From a virus, in the IMG/VR virus record IMGVR_UViG_3300042197_000966, positions 1 to 64,000 of that record: DNA of 64,000 bases; one strand, given 5' to 3'. A program made the translations under genes and the position numbers. Shown here piece after piece: positions 9,601 through 19,600 of this stretch. Below the pieces are notes generated by a model that worked only from the letters and a program-made list of their open reading frames with translations, did not search any database and was not told the DNA's origin. Each line of letters starts with the position of its first letter. The first letter of the stretch is position 1.

Positions 9601-11650
9601 AGTAATTACTGCTCAGATACAACTTTTAAGATCTGCTGGTAGTAACTTAACTAAGAAACAAACACAATTAATTGTTCAAGATGCCCCATTTGCAAGTGAT
9701 ATTAAAAAACTGGATGTATTTACAAATACAAATCAATATATTAGTGTCATTCGTGGAAGACTTGCTGATGTAATTACATCTTCTATTGTTACAACCAATA
9801 GACAAATTACAACCAGTTTTGAAAATCTAATACCAAATGATGCATTATCAAATGTAAATTACTATACTACTGGCGGATTTTTACAGGTTGATCTTGCTAT
9901 CGCTGATAAGGTTGTTTATGTTGCAGATACAAGCAAGTTTAAATCTAATGGATATCTACTAATCGGTAATGAAATTGTTAGATATTACAGAAAAATTAAT
10001 GATCGTTTCTTAAATGTAGAAAGAGGTCAGAGAAGCACAACTGCCCAATTCTGGGCAGCAGGAACAGTAATATTACAACTACCAGATCCAGCATCTAGCG
10101 TATTTGGTGGAGTTGTGATTGTAGAATCTGCATCTCAAACTGCTACTATCAAAGGTGGTTTGGGAACGGTTTCTGCTTCAACAACAAGAACAGAATACCA
10201 AGACATTACCCCACCAGTATCAATAGCGACTACAAGTAGAATTATTGAAATTGATATTGCTCCATCAGCAAAAGCAATAACAATGAGTAGTCTGGTAACA
10301 ACCAGAACTTCTAGATCTTATGAAACTACCTCATCTTCTATAAAGTCATTTGTAACCACAGGTTCCGTAAAACAATTAGAAGTTGATATTCAATCAATCA
10401 CTTCCAAAGTTTCTTCACTATTAACAAAATTTGAACTTTTACTGATACCACCACCAACTGGAGTTGTTGATGGATATGTAGAAAATCTGTACTGGACAGA
10501 TCCTATTTTACAAAGAAGTGGTTCTTTTGTTACTCTTGATAATTCAATTTATGGTAGACATGTAGTTCAAAGAAATAATTTGATTGTTCAAGTCAGAAAT
10601 CTTTCTACTACTGATGCAGAATATATTGGAACATACGAAGTTACCAATGCTGGTCATACAATAAATCATTTCAATATTCTAGCTGATGATGGTGTATCAA
10701 ATGTTTCTGGAATTACATTAGAAGAATTGGAAAGATATTATCCAACTTTATCAATAGAAGATTTTGAATTAAAAGGAAAATCTAGTTATACAACAGATGG
10801 ATTTTATTTTGTATTAATGCCACCTTCAATTCAAAATCCTGTAGTAGTTCCATTCTCAACTGGATCTATAGCATCAACTATTGAAGTCCCAACAACTACA
10901 TTCTTCCCAACAAGTGGTTATCTATTTACTGGATCAGGTGGTCTTATTCAATATACTGGTAAGACTTCTACATCATTTACTGGTTGCACATCGGTAAGGG
11001 GATCAACTACTTTAATTGGAAATTCTGTAAGTTTTGATGGAACTGGTTACTTAAATATTGCTTCAAATAATGCTTTCAATTATGGAACTGGAGATTTTAC
11101 CATAGAGTTTTATTGGAAACCAAATGCTCTTAGCGGAACGCAAGTTTTGATAGATCAAAGAACTGCATCAACAGATGTTTCAATTTATGTTGAAATGAAT
11201 TCTTCTGGAAATATCAGGGTATTTGTTAATGGAGCTTATAGGATTACATCTTCAAATACGTGTAGCACATCTCAAGACAACCATGTTGCCATATATAGAT
11301 CTTCTGGAATTACAAGAGTTGCTATCAACGGAACTGTAACTACCACATCAACATACACCGATACTAACAACTATGCTTCTAAACCATTTAGAATTGGAGC
11401 TTCTTGGACTGCCAGTTCCTTTATTTCTGGTAGAATTAACAGTTTGCGTGTTGTAAAAGGAACTTCATTGTATTCTAACACAAACTTTACTCTTCCATCT
11501 CAAATAACAAACATTTCTGGAACATCTTTACTAACATGTCAAGGAAACTCAATAAAAGATAGAAGTTCTAATAATCTATCTATTACAGTAAATGGAGGTG
11601 CTGTCGTTTCCAATACTGGAAAGGAAATCATTCCTTTTGAAATCACCTAA
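695..11650 (+). CDS. gp7: Giant baseplate wedge initiator gp7-like protein (3651 aa) with YHYH-like, phycobiliprotein-like and C-terminal LamG/ConA-like domains
   Basis: N-terminal ISTLIESQLPEFI...LIKNIQKFYKAKGT and internal DSDFYQDYSYVVKS...THPAGFKLFG motifs of cyanophage gp7. Positioned between gp6 and gp8. Confidence 0.8.
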   Translation: MAVKTKRISTLIESQLPEFISNEYELFGKFVEKYYEAQEVQGGPLDILSNLQKYLDIDYYEKSLLQQNTTLVTSITSSSTTVVLEDASGFPEKNGYVQIGDEIIFYGERTGNTLTNCSRGVSGNIALGDLYEKSSFVGTTSVAHSSGDLVLNISNLFLYAIVKNFESQYLGSFPEKYLRGEVDKRTLIKNIQKFYKAKGTDSSIKFIFNTIVTQDSTNKPEVYKPRDFVYKSSESDWISVYAIKAKIVSGDPKNLIGKQIVQIETEEYQYASAIVDNVFPEGTSDNEQIWNIVVAPETVNGSFAISTKTRLEKQLQSNSGFGKRVNVFSTVGWDLAGEILIGNETISFDDKNATQFIIKSRGSNPATYEIGDPVYKPVILQGSNVKLLTLGVVYNFVPENAQPYSYTGDEVQVSDPGFKTIDPKIVITGSNQPRWFLSQGSSPDVPTIPSINTELSEISTDISAIFEDDQYYYIASSSYPSHKILDGSVVTEKLLDQKLLRIIRKEATRTTEIYKTPKRDVGILLNGVPIFGYKDEESVRFGLLEEIKINTQGTGYAKPPFVLLDGVPNQARALLSGQVVEKIIVDTNTIFPRTPEVLITSGRGAVVRAVVTKGKVTSLIIDNPGEFYSSPPTVRIRDRAGRGRFADFTAVVNTDGKITDFIKNEEGNFYDQATVIVDIIPVGNGASATPFLKEWNKNRFVKLSDNLDTEYGHVFKNYNNVLEYGYGQVANPKSLRISLNDNLNATLVEPVTKTHSPIIGFAYDGNPIYGPFAYENPLDPQSSIIRMTSSYSLNGSRPGGPGLSEYPIGTFVNDFKYTHKSGTLDENNGRFCVTPDFPAGTYAYFLTIDSNQIPQFPYVIGENFYSLPVDSNYNSNISQNDIPKKSKRLFTPGMPGNGDGVIAQISDVKPGFVDSIELQNSSSNFSVNSKVYFDNSRTEGQDAEAIVSSVVGENVNYLQSKENKVVQLTIIQNAYLFANDTLSQPNSGAYGEIVGNVVSDNVIVLKNVVGVFNGTGTFSAAIKTFSILVDQDSSYTAGAILSLTDGINLPIATAEVLETTSRQNVVKIKVLSGTWIVDDDYFLQSNNLFNTSGSRIVSLTSLSDGLIPFDVNQNVALVETSSEHGLGIDDEVVINILPDDATKTKTYFVRKRLYQKVKFVSPRYSSTIDYTGIGRFEILNGGAYYTPGTYTNIPLTGGSGTGAKANITVSSAGIVSSVVIQDGGSGYKKYDYLGVDDESLSRSGSANAGSSRLVVYLDHVGFAASSTSLILEDALGLSLNDYLIIGKEVIRVSAINGNKLTVLRSQKGTQAADHFNGQVVSLYEEKYNFSNNFQLSSSQYSGFIKTYDYETQEAIIVFNYTTTKSNAEEVQISTTFFDSSTPKKLVSVVSAEDISYKFEFSEDNSLFVPNPTINIQEFYKYKFDTSHSSLTGTYFDLSPSKTFNLITEEKNTSSVLPGNPGSFTDVKFGFGPRLSSNSYLNKIGTNFANFYYFDKNGIVTSDGSYLKIIQDPLQGTKKITYVTPTRFVYQLDSVPLWDGSGSISYTTTGQFAIGQINSFKVINLGLNYKKAPIIVGCDPNTNFKAKATVLYDYSTNVVTGVRIDDTGSNYTNPKVFIKNGDGVDLSFNVVVRDGKIFSITVSNPGKGYTFAPEIEIIEGDVEAYVQSSTIGVPQSITIIKNGGAFHLDKTVSSSFTSKYIFSLENFSGEYQKGEVVVQVIDGVEVARGIVSEWRRGSNLLKIEKITGIFRQGYQIKSILNFTVGTIKSVFVTTFGAEISSFYDNLGYYTSDRGKLGVANQKLLDSDFYQDYSYVVKSKTPINVWRDLIKSTTHPAGFKLFGQVDIEGIGSTSMPSQQINKNDHFSIIQLWDPAKNKVTVENTRRTVTQVIQKIENQRIKRGFGSAAPSEFNFNEYISFEVSLVQPFNGYYDSDGRLQGRTVFDLEDNNGNPFTPFNAKSLIITLDGILQEPEVAYTVQANTIIFSKPPLGPGAERTGNNLNDITSYKGVTFYGKYFSFKDTQYNTRYLRKIRNIFQRSGRWLDAANQIERNKTFIVEESIGYGKNKYPTLDWSTKTDDYQRDIGYLLDAYQHDVRFGGNTKTVDYVNIFRNDTDYDYITKNKTKSLEIFKYATKLANLAVRNWDIVENNISYTQGSSTITVEDSERLAIGMYISCGRAYPANTKITAINSATQITVSNNALSTSGSDQATFYLSGINNGTFYDASNLIQANKEFLIEFISEYIYTSTNLPQSDKEKCKRDLGYLVDAVVYHLRFGGNQKIVEFAQSYYTFSSYPYGEELTYINRSPEETSAAILAWDTLKDGMILAMRNQLTTGGSYTSILPVTDNTILVDPINPVCQEVASSINTMIDIVKDIIARGSGVVSITPINTNKSGQWSTTTTYSNYNLIPDPLILSSECADVVSSVNSLYSNVKNILDKKTVKRTYPDYVDGENKTFELYWDDGSEVITEEDEDLFLTINAVLQRPKYTETYPGSDSYYINREVIPNEIVFDVAPIWDQDFSAKSIGEPTAVEKVVGIGVGNYKRLTIDTSLVDGISSGPFLILDVEDFTVQNIEESTFLYVFLDGVLQREGYSYIVSGPNIYFNVPIVKEMKVDMRYLYGRDVGQVLNIYDYNPDTYYAKGAVSLTITSGLSDLLKYEWAGNKIGEPIHAYQINANGTYNMIGQISDGYVSGSNILNFNVFGAKASIDISKPVWFAIRGFYNTLRISVNISAAGITYELDSTGKTILSDNEQIWSGTYLGKTYKRPFISLSNNDLIRVDGEEGFRKIKKLPGRVTSKEQRQYEQVSNSFYGTVDIETYNGITRGEGLSVVAKVENGKVTKLEWNRRSYEPLTQPTAYQYYTPPILNFIPVDGNGGGARANVLVSKGQVISIDIIDGGSGYTQAPKVVVARGYDILTERDIGVSLINIGVNSFVEHGGYTAFSSIDVLGNQVSGVNSFTSIFFDSPISTDRVITAQIQLLRSAGSNLTKKQTQLIVQDAPFASDIKKLDVFTNTNQYISVIRGRLADVITSSIVTTNRQITTSFENLIPNDALSNVNYYTTGGFLQVDLAIADKVVYVADTSKFKSNGYLLIGNEIVRYYRKINDRFLNVERGQRSTTAQFWAAGTVILQLPDPASSVFGGVVIVESASQTATIKGGLGTVSASTTRTEYQDITPPVSIATTSRIIEIDIAPSAKAITMSSLVTTRTSRSYETTSSSIKSFVTTGSVKQLEVDIQSITSKVSSLLTKFELLLIPPPTGVVDGYVENLYWTDPILQRSGSFVTLDNSIYGRHVVQRNNLIVQVRNLSTTDAEYIGTYEVTNAGHTINHFNILADDGVSNVSGITLEELERYYPTLSIEDFELKGKSSYTTDGFYFVLMPPSIQNPVVVPFSTGSIASTIEVPTTTFFPTSGYLFTGSGGLIQYTGKTSTSFTGCTSVRGSTTLIGNSVSFDGTGYLNIASNNAFNYGTGDFTIEFYWKPNALSGTQVLIDQRTASTDVSIYVEMNSSGNIRVFVNGAYRITSSNTCSTSQDNHVAIYRSSGITRVAINGTVTTTSTYTDTNNYASKPFRIGASWTASSFISGRINSLRVVKGTSLYSNTNFTLPSQITNISGTSLLTCQGNSIKDRSSNNLSITVNGGAVVSNTGKEIIPFEIT

Positions 11651-11671
11651 ATAAACACATAAATATAAATA
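11648..11671 (+). promoter_or_regulatory. Cluster of three T4-type late promoter boxes (TAAATA) upstream of gp8
   Basis: Sequence TAAATAAACACATAAATATAAATA contains three TAAATA boxes, one a full TATAAATA. Confidence 0.7.
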
Positions 11672-11705
11672 ACTTTGGCACAAATCTAGTCGGAACGAAA
11701 AAACC

Positions 11706-13553
11706 ATGCCTGCTATTATTTCTGATAAGTTTAGAATTTTTAATGCGAAGCAATTTCTGGAATCGCTAACTGAAGGTAGTACGGATACTGGTACGGAACG
11801 TACTAGAATGTACTTCTTTGTCGGAAGACCACAACCATGGAGAGCATACCTAGAGATTTATTCAAAAGGAACAGTCAACTTCACTGTTGGTAACAAAATT
11901 TTTGTTGGAACAACTGCTGGTCAATATGCAGCATCAGCATTTAAGGCAACGATTGCTGCAGTATATGATACTGCACTTCTACTTACAGATGTCTTTGGAA
12001 CAAATGGAGTAAATTCAGTTCCATCATTTGGAAGTACAATTTCTTCTACTGCTGATAACGGAACAACTATCGTTACCAACGCTACAGCAAAAACTGGTGT
12101 CTATCGTTATGCAACAGAGGATGTGCCACCTCTTCCCCTTGATAATCAAGATGAAAAGAATGCAGTTTACGACGAAATAATTGCTGCTAAGCGCATTACC
12201 GATACATTTGCTAGAGCAGTTATTCGTCGTTACAATTGGGATTTAGTTGCTAATCCTAAGTTTGATATGTGGAAACCAGATTATTCTGCCACACCAGCTG
12301 GTGGTGGTGGTATTGGTAAGTCTACAGCAACTGGTGCAACTTCAATTGCAGATGCTAAGTTCTATGTAATGAACTCTGCATATGAAGTATTCAAGTGTCT
12401 TTATAACGGTCAGAACCCAACAAACGCCACTGGTCAAAACGCAACAGAAGAACCAATTACAACTGGTGCTAATTATGCAGCAGGAACTGGTCTTTATACA
12501 GAAACAACTGGCGCTGGTTATATCTGGAAATATATGTACACCATCCCAACAGATGATGTACTAAGATTCCTATCATCAGATTTTCTACCTATTGTTCTTC
12601 CTGCAAACCCTTCTCGTACTGCAGTAAAGGCTTTAGCAGTTGATGGAGCTATCGATGCTGTTCTAATTAAAGATGCTGGTGCTGGTCTTCCTGCATCTTC
12701 AACACTATATTCTTCCATCAAAGGAGATGGAACTGGTGGTATTGTAAGAATTACTACTAATGGTTCTGGTAATATTACTGGTGCTTTTGTTCAAGCAAGA
12801 GGATCTGGATATACATACGCTAATGTAATCTTAGCAACTGGTACTGGTACTGGAGGAACTTCGTATGGTCTCTTCACTAATAGTGCTCTGACAACAGCAG
12901 CTACTGTTACTGCTGGGGCAACTGGATCTATAGAAGTAATTCTTCCTCCTCTTGGCGGTCATGGTTTTGACCATGAGCAAGAATTGAACGCTAAGAGAGT
13001 TATGACAAATATTCGTCTAACTTATTCCGAAGGATCTGGAGATTTCCCAGTTGATAATGACTTCCGCAGAATTGGTATTCTTGCTGATCCATATAACTAT
13101 GGAACAACTACTTTCTCAACTGCCGATACCCTTAGTGGTCTAAAAGCTGTTAAGATTAATAGTGCAACTGCTGACTTCATTCCAGACGAAAGAATTCAAC
13201 AAACCGTTTCTGGTGGAACAGCAATTGGTACTGTCGTTTCTTGGACACTTGATAGTGGATCAACTGTTAATGGAGTTCTTAAGTATATCCAAACTAATGA
13301 CGCTCATAGAGATACGACTGGAACAGTAAGAAGCTTCAGCAGCAGTGGCGCTATCACTGGATCACAATCAGCGGCGTCTGGAACACCTAATACTGCATAT
13401 AGTTCATCAAGTGGTGGTGTAACATTTACATCTGGTTATGCAAATCCAGAAATTCAAAATAATTCTGGTGAGGTCATTTACGTAGAAAATCGTAAACTGA
13501 TCACTCGTGCCCCTGATCAGATCGAAGATATCAAACTAGTTATTGAGTTCTGA
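11706..13553 (+). CDS. gp8: Baseplate wedge subunit gp8
   Basis: MPAIISDKFRIFNA start, YEVFKCLYNG, GYIWKYMYTI and a C-terminal SGEVIYVENRKLITRAPDQIEDIKLVIEF, all typical of gp8. Confidence 0.9.
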   Translation: MPAIISDKFRIFNAKQFLESLTEGSTDTGTERTRMYFFVGRPQPWRAYLEIYSKGTVNFTVGNKIFVGTTAGQYAASAFKATIAAVYDTALLLTDVFGTNGVNSVPSFGSTISSTADNGTTIVTNATAKTGVYRYATEDVPPLPLDNQDEKNAVYDEIIAAKRITDTFARAVIRRYNWDLVANPKFDMWKPDYSATPAGGGGIGKSTATGATSIADAKFYVMNSAYEVFKCLYNGQNPTNATGQNATEEPITTGANYAAGTGLYTETTGAGYIWKYMYTIPTDDVLRFLSSDFLPIVLPANPSRTAVKALAVDGAIDAVLIKDAGAGLPASSTLYSSIKGDGTGGIVRITTNGSGNITGAFVQARGSGYTYANVILATGTGTGGTSYGLFTNSALTTAATVTAGATGSIEVILPPLGGHGFDHEQELNAKRVMTNIRLTYSEGSGDFPVDNDFRRIGILADPYNYGTTTFSTADTLSGLKAVKINSATADFIPDERIQQTVSGGTAIGTVVSWTLDSGSTVNGVLKYIQTNDAHRDTTGTVRSFSSSGAITGSQSAASGTPNTAYSSSSGGVTFTSGYANPEIQNNSGEVIYVENRKLITRAPDQIEDIKLVIEF

Positions 13554-13562
13554 TTTATATTT

Positions 13563-13608
13563 TACTCCGCTAAATATTAACGACTAGATGTTTGTATTTG
13601 GCGGAGTA
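13563..13608 (+). promoter_or_regulatory. Late promoter (CTAAATA) within the 5' arm of an inverted repeat that pairs with the RBS of the next gene
   Basis: TACTCCGCTAAATA (13563-13576) pairs with TATTTGGCGGAGTA (13595-13608), one G-U pair. GGAG lies just upstream of the ATG at 13611. Confidence 0.65.
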
Positions 13609-13610
13609 CG

Positions 13611-16600
13611 ATGCCACAGAAGACCAATCTTAACGTAAATCCTTACTACGAGGACTTTGATGCGACAAAGAATTTTTATAAGATTCTTTTTCGCCCTGGT
13701 TACTCTATTCAAGGCAGAGAATTAACACAACTACAATCAATCTTACAAAATCAGATTGAAAGTTTTGGTAGATATGCCTTCAAGCAAGGGCAGATGGTTA
13801 TTCCTGGAGAGATAGGTCTTAATACAAAACTAGATTATGTAAAATTATCATCGGTAACAGAAGTAGCTGTTAGTGAAGGAGATGATATTGTTTATAAAAA
13901 ATATGATATTACACAGTTAATTGGTCAGCAAGTTATCGGTTTAACTTCTGGTGTTGTTGGAACTATAGTATCTGTAAAATTAGCAACAGAAGAAACTGCA
14001 GATACTCTTTATGTCAATTATATAACTAGTGGTAATTCAAATGAAGAACCAACTTTCAGACAAGGAGAAACTCTGGAAGTTGTTGATGGTGTCAATACTC
14101 CACTGTTAGTTGTTGGAACGGATGGGAGCGTACTTCCAACAAGTATTAGTATAACAAATCCAGATACTGGAGAAGTGACTTCTTTAGAAAGTCCAGCAAT
14201 GGGATATGCTTCTGCTGTGAAGGTATCGGAAGGAATTTATTTTGTAAACGGTTACTTTGTTCGTAATCAAGAAGATCTTTTGATCATTGAAGAATATTAT
14301 GATAAACCATCAGCAAAAGTTGGATTTGTTATTTCTGAAAATATTGTAACACCAGAGGAAGATGCATCTCTATATGATAATGCTATAGGATCTTCTAACT
14401 ATACCGCTCCTGGTGCTCATAGATTAAGTATTTCTTTATCTCTAAAAGAATTTGCATTAGATGCAATTACCGATAAAAACTTTATTCAATTATTGACAGT
14501 TTCTAGAGGAGTAATTCAGAAAAAAGTATCTCCAGCAGATTATACATTGCTAGAAGAAACTTTAGCAAGAAGAACTTTTGATGAAAGTGGAGATTATGTA
14601 GTAGATAATTTTTCTATTGATATCAGAGAATACGCCCAAAAAGAAACAAATAATGGAATATATTCTGAGGATGAATTCGGATTATATAATGGATTAACTT
14701 CTAGCGAAGCAGCAAGAAAAATGGTTGCTAGTGTTGGTCCTGGCAAAGCATACATTAAAGGATATGAAATTGTTAACAAGGAAATTAAATATCTTGATAT
14801 CAATAAATCAAGAGAAAGTCTAAGTAGTGACAATGTTAAATTAAAAACAAAAGGTCTGCCATCATTTACAATAACAAATGTATTTGGTAGTGTTCCTTTG
14901 AATAAAGAAGGAGCAGATCTAACAGCATATCCAGATGTATTTTTATACTCAACATTTAATGATGGTTCAATTGGTCTCAATAATACAGAATTACCTACAG
15001 ATCATAGGCAAACTTTAAACAGAAGAGGTCTGATTTTTAATTCAAATGATGCTATTAAAACTGTAACTATCCAAGTAAGCAGCGTTACAACTTTAATCGG
15101 TAGCATTACTGATGGAACATTCCAAAATTTAATAGGAACACTATATTTTATCAAATCAAGAAGTGATGTTGGATCTCCAACTTCTGTTGGCAGTGTAAAA
15201 TCATTATCATATGCAGTTGTAAATAAACCACTCATAAATCCATCTGTCTCTGTAAAATTCTTAGAGTTAACTGTAACTGGTCCAAAAAATGAACTAGAGT
15301 TTTTACTTCTTGAATATGATAATGGCGATTCCGAATATAAGAGAAGATTTTACCTTACTGAATCTGATGCTCAAAATCAAACTAATGAGTTTGGTTTTAT
15401 CGTAGATTATAGACAAACTCTAACTCCAGTTATTGGTAAAGTTAAGCCAAGTAATTTTTATCTACAGCAAAGAGGATCTGGATTTAACTCAGATTCAGAT
15501 ATTATCCTATCCAAAGGTCGTCTTTCTGGTGGATCGTCTGCATATAATTCATTCTTTGGTTTTTCTTATTTTGATCCTCAGTTCTTTACAAAGATTACCT
15601 TAGAAGCGTCTCCAGTAGGTGCTGATGCATTTTCTATAGGTAGATATGTTTTTGGTCTTGAAAGCAACGCATATGGCGTTGTAGAGGGCGCTGCTAATGG
15701 AGTATATTCTACTAACAATCTTTTATTCATCAAAACTTTGTCTGGTAGATTTTTATCGGGTGAAACAATCCGAGATGAAGTTGGCAACACTGTAAAAATT
15801 GCCAAAGAAAATACAATCTCTCACTTTGTTGTTCAAAATAGAGGTCTTGGTTATGCTACTGGATCAACAATCTTAATTAATGGATTAGAATATGATTCTT
15901 CAAAAATTCAATTATATTTGACTGGAGATGGAAAAGTTTATAAAGCTATTGTAAATAATAGATCTGCAGTTAATGTTGAATATTCACAACCTCCAGCAGT
16001 TAGTGTTAAAGTTCCAACTGGAGCTCCAACACCAAATTCTGGTGCAGCAATTGTTCCAGTTTTATTCAGAGATACTGTAATAACTTACACGCCACAAAAT
16101 GTAAAATCAATTGGTTGTAATTATGGATCTGGAAATGCAAATACTTTTAGTGCTGATGTTTTAGTAGATAGTAAAGAATATTCAGAGGTAAGATCTGTCA
16201 CAGATTTTACATTTTTTGGATCACAGGGTTCGGACTTTATTGAATCAACAAGTTTTAGTGCTGATGCAAGTTCTTTATTGGTGCAAGGAGACATAGTACA
16301 ATTTTCTGATGCTAACAATAATTTAATTCGTGCAATTGTCCAATATGCAACAAAACCATCTGGAGTAGAAAAAACTAGAATTTATCTAGATTCTGTTTTG
16401 TCTGGAAATGTAACTAATACTAGTATTGTTAGATTGAGACCAGTATTAAAAAATCCAAATGGTGGAACTCTCTTATATCCAACTGGTAGCAAACAGATTA
16501 GTCAAATTTCTAATGGAGGAGATGATACAAATATCAAATATTATTTCCGTAGAGATTTTGTAACTACTGCATCTTCAAGCGGTGGAACAATTACATTTGC

Positions 16601-19600
16601 AGCTCAATTGCCTTATGGAACTCAAAGATTTGCTGCATTCACAGAGAATAATTTTATTATTACCGTTTTAGATAAGGGAGATGCCTCTGATATTTCAAAC
16701 GGAGATATAATCTATGTTAATGAAGATTCCGTAGAGATTTCTTCAGCAACTGATACATCAAGTGGTCTAACATCTGGTAGTATCAGTCTACAATTACCAT
16801 CAACATATTTTGGAAGTATTCCCACAAATGGAACATTCCCAAAATTAAAATTAACTGCTACTTTGGAAGTAAGCAACGCAAAACCAAGATTAAAGACAGC
16901 AATCAAAAATAAAAGAATTATTGTAAATTCTTCTGGAGATAGAGTTCTTCCTTTTAGAGGAACAGATTATGATAATGAAGCTGTAAATATTTTATCTTAT
17001 TCGGATGCTTTTAAATTAAGATACGTTTATGAGGGAACTAGCACCCAACCACCAGAGGCAGATAGTGCTGGAAATCTTATTTCTGGAACTGATGTAACAT
17101 CAAAGTTTACATTTGATAATGGACAAAGAGATACCATTTACGATGTTTCTAGGATTGTATTAAAACCAGGATTTGAACCAACTACTGGTCAACTATTAAT
17201 TGCGTTTGATTATTTTGAACATTCGCAAGGAGATTTCTGTACGATTGATAGTTACTTACATGAGGCTGGTGTCGAAGAAGATGAAATTCCAACATTTAAT
17301 TCTTCAGTTCATGGAAATCTTGAACTAAAAAATGTTCTAGATTTTAGACCAAAAGTTGATGTAGATGCTATTATTGCAGGATTTCAGGATACATCTTCTC
17401 TTGCAATTACTACTGGTCAATTTTCTGGTCCTGGATCTGTAATTGCTGCTACACCAGCAGCAGATCAAGGAATAGAATATACATTCTCATTTAGTCAAGT
17501 TCAATATCTCGATAGAATTGATGGCATTTTCTTGAACAAAAAAGGAGAATTTTTTGTGAAGGAAGGAAATTCATCATTAAATCCTTCTAAACCAGATACA
17601 ATAGATGATGCTGTTCCTCTGTTCTATGTTTATATTCCTGCATATACAAAAACAAGTAAAGATGTAAGGATTACTCCAGTAGATAATCGTAGATATACGA
17701 TGCGTGATATTGGTAAGCTAGAAAAGCGTATTGAAAGACTTGAATATTATACTACTTTAAGTATTTTAGAGCAGCAAGCATTGAATATGCAAGTCAAGGA
17801 TGAGGTTGGTTTAGATAGATTTAAGAGTGGATTTTTTGTTGATAATTTTGAATCTCATAAAGTTGGAAACCTAACATCCTTAGATTATAGATGCGCTATT
17901 GATACTCAGCAATCAGTTTTGCGTCCTCAATCTAAAGAAGATTGTGTTCTCTTAAAAGAAGTGAATACTAGAGAAGATCAAAGATCGGTATCTGGTTATA
18001 AAAAATCTGGTGATATTATCACATTACCATATACTGACTTAAAACTTTTTGGAAATGAGTTTGCATCAAAAACAATAAATCCAAATCCTTTCGTTGTTAT
18101 TCAATATGTTGGGGATGTTGATGTTTCTCCAAATATTGATCATTGGTATGACCAGAATATCGATCCAGTTGTTGTCGATACAAATACAAGTTTGTTTAAT
18201 ATTTTCTTAGCAAAAGATGATTCTAAGGAAAGTTTTTCTGGATTATATAATTCATTTATTGTCAATTGGGTTGGCACTTCTCCAGCATTTACAACTATTA
18301 ATTCGCTTGGAGAAATCAATACTCAACAAGCAACATCTACAGTAACATCGGCATCAATTTCTAGTTCTTCAAATATCAGTCCAAGAAATAATGATATTGG
18401 AAAAGGTGTTCAAACAAAATCTGTAAATGGAAATCTTGTCTCAACAGCACTATCATTTTTTGCAAGAAGTGTTCCTGTGAAATTTGTTGTTAGAAGAATG
18501 AAGCCAAATACTACTATTAATGTATTTTTAGAAGGAAGAAATATTAATCGTTGGGTTAATCCTGATCTTAGATTTACTGGTGTTGCTGGGAATTCTCTTT
18601 CATCATTTAATGGAACTGTTACAACAGATGAAAATGGAAATGCTAGTGGATTGATTTTAGTTCCTGCTGGAGTTCCACCAAGAGAAAATGCTACTTGGAC
18701 TGGCGATGTAGCTACCGTTGATTATGATACATCGGGAGCAGCGATACGCTTGACAACTGGTGTTCTTACTTTCAGATTTACTTCTAGTCCAGTAGATGCA
18801 TCTAAGGACAGTGTAGATACTTATGCGGAAGTAAAATATTATGCTACTGGAATTTTACCAGAAAATCCATCAAGTATTGTTTCAACAAAACCATCTTACT
18901 TTAAATCAAATGAAGGGGTTCAAATTATTGATAACAATACAGATAACCCACTAAGACCAAATCCACTTGCTCAAACATTTAAAATTGAAAATTATGACGG
19001 TGGTTTATTTGCCACTGGAGTTGATCTATTTTTCTCCAAGAAGAGTAGTAATATTCCATTCAAAGTATACATTACAGATGTTGTCTCTGGGAAACCAGCA
19101 AAAAATATTGTTCCTGGATCAGAAAAAACTTTAAATCCAAATACGTATTTGAAGTGCTACTCCAATGGAAATATAAGTGTTACTATCGGTGAATATGTAA
19201 CTGGAACCAGTTCTTCAGCAAGTGGTCCTATTTTAAAAATATATGATAAAAATGGAGTTGAATTAGTAGCATCAACTGCTGGAAAATATTCATTAACAAA
19301 TGAGCAAGTTTATACTGTTGTTTTAGGCAACCATAATGGTAAGTCTTTCAAACAAAATGAAGATCTTTTAATTCCATCCGTAACTCTCGCAAATGCTACA
19401 GATGGCACTCAATTAAAACTAACTATTGCAAAAGATAGCGGAAAAGTTTCAGATATTAAAATTAAAAATACAGGTCAAAATTATGACAGTGCAATCTTAA
19501 CAATCGAAAGTCCACAACTTCCTGGTGGATCCTCTGCCACTGCCCGCATTGAAGTTTCTGAAGGAAAAATTTATAATGCAGAAATTTCTCTTTCTGGATT

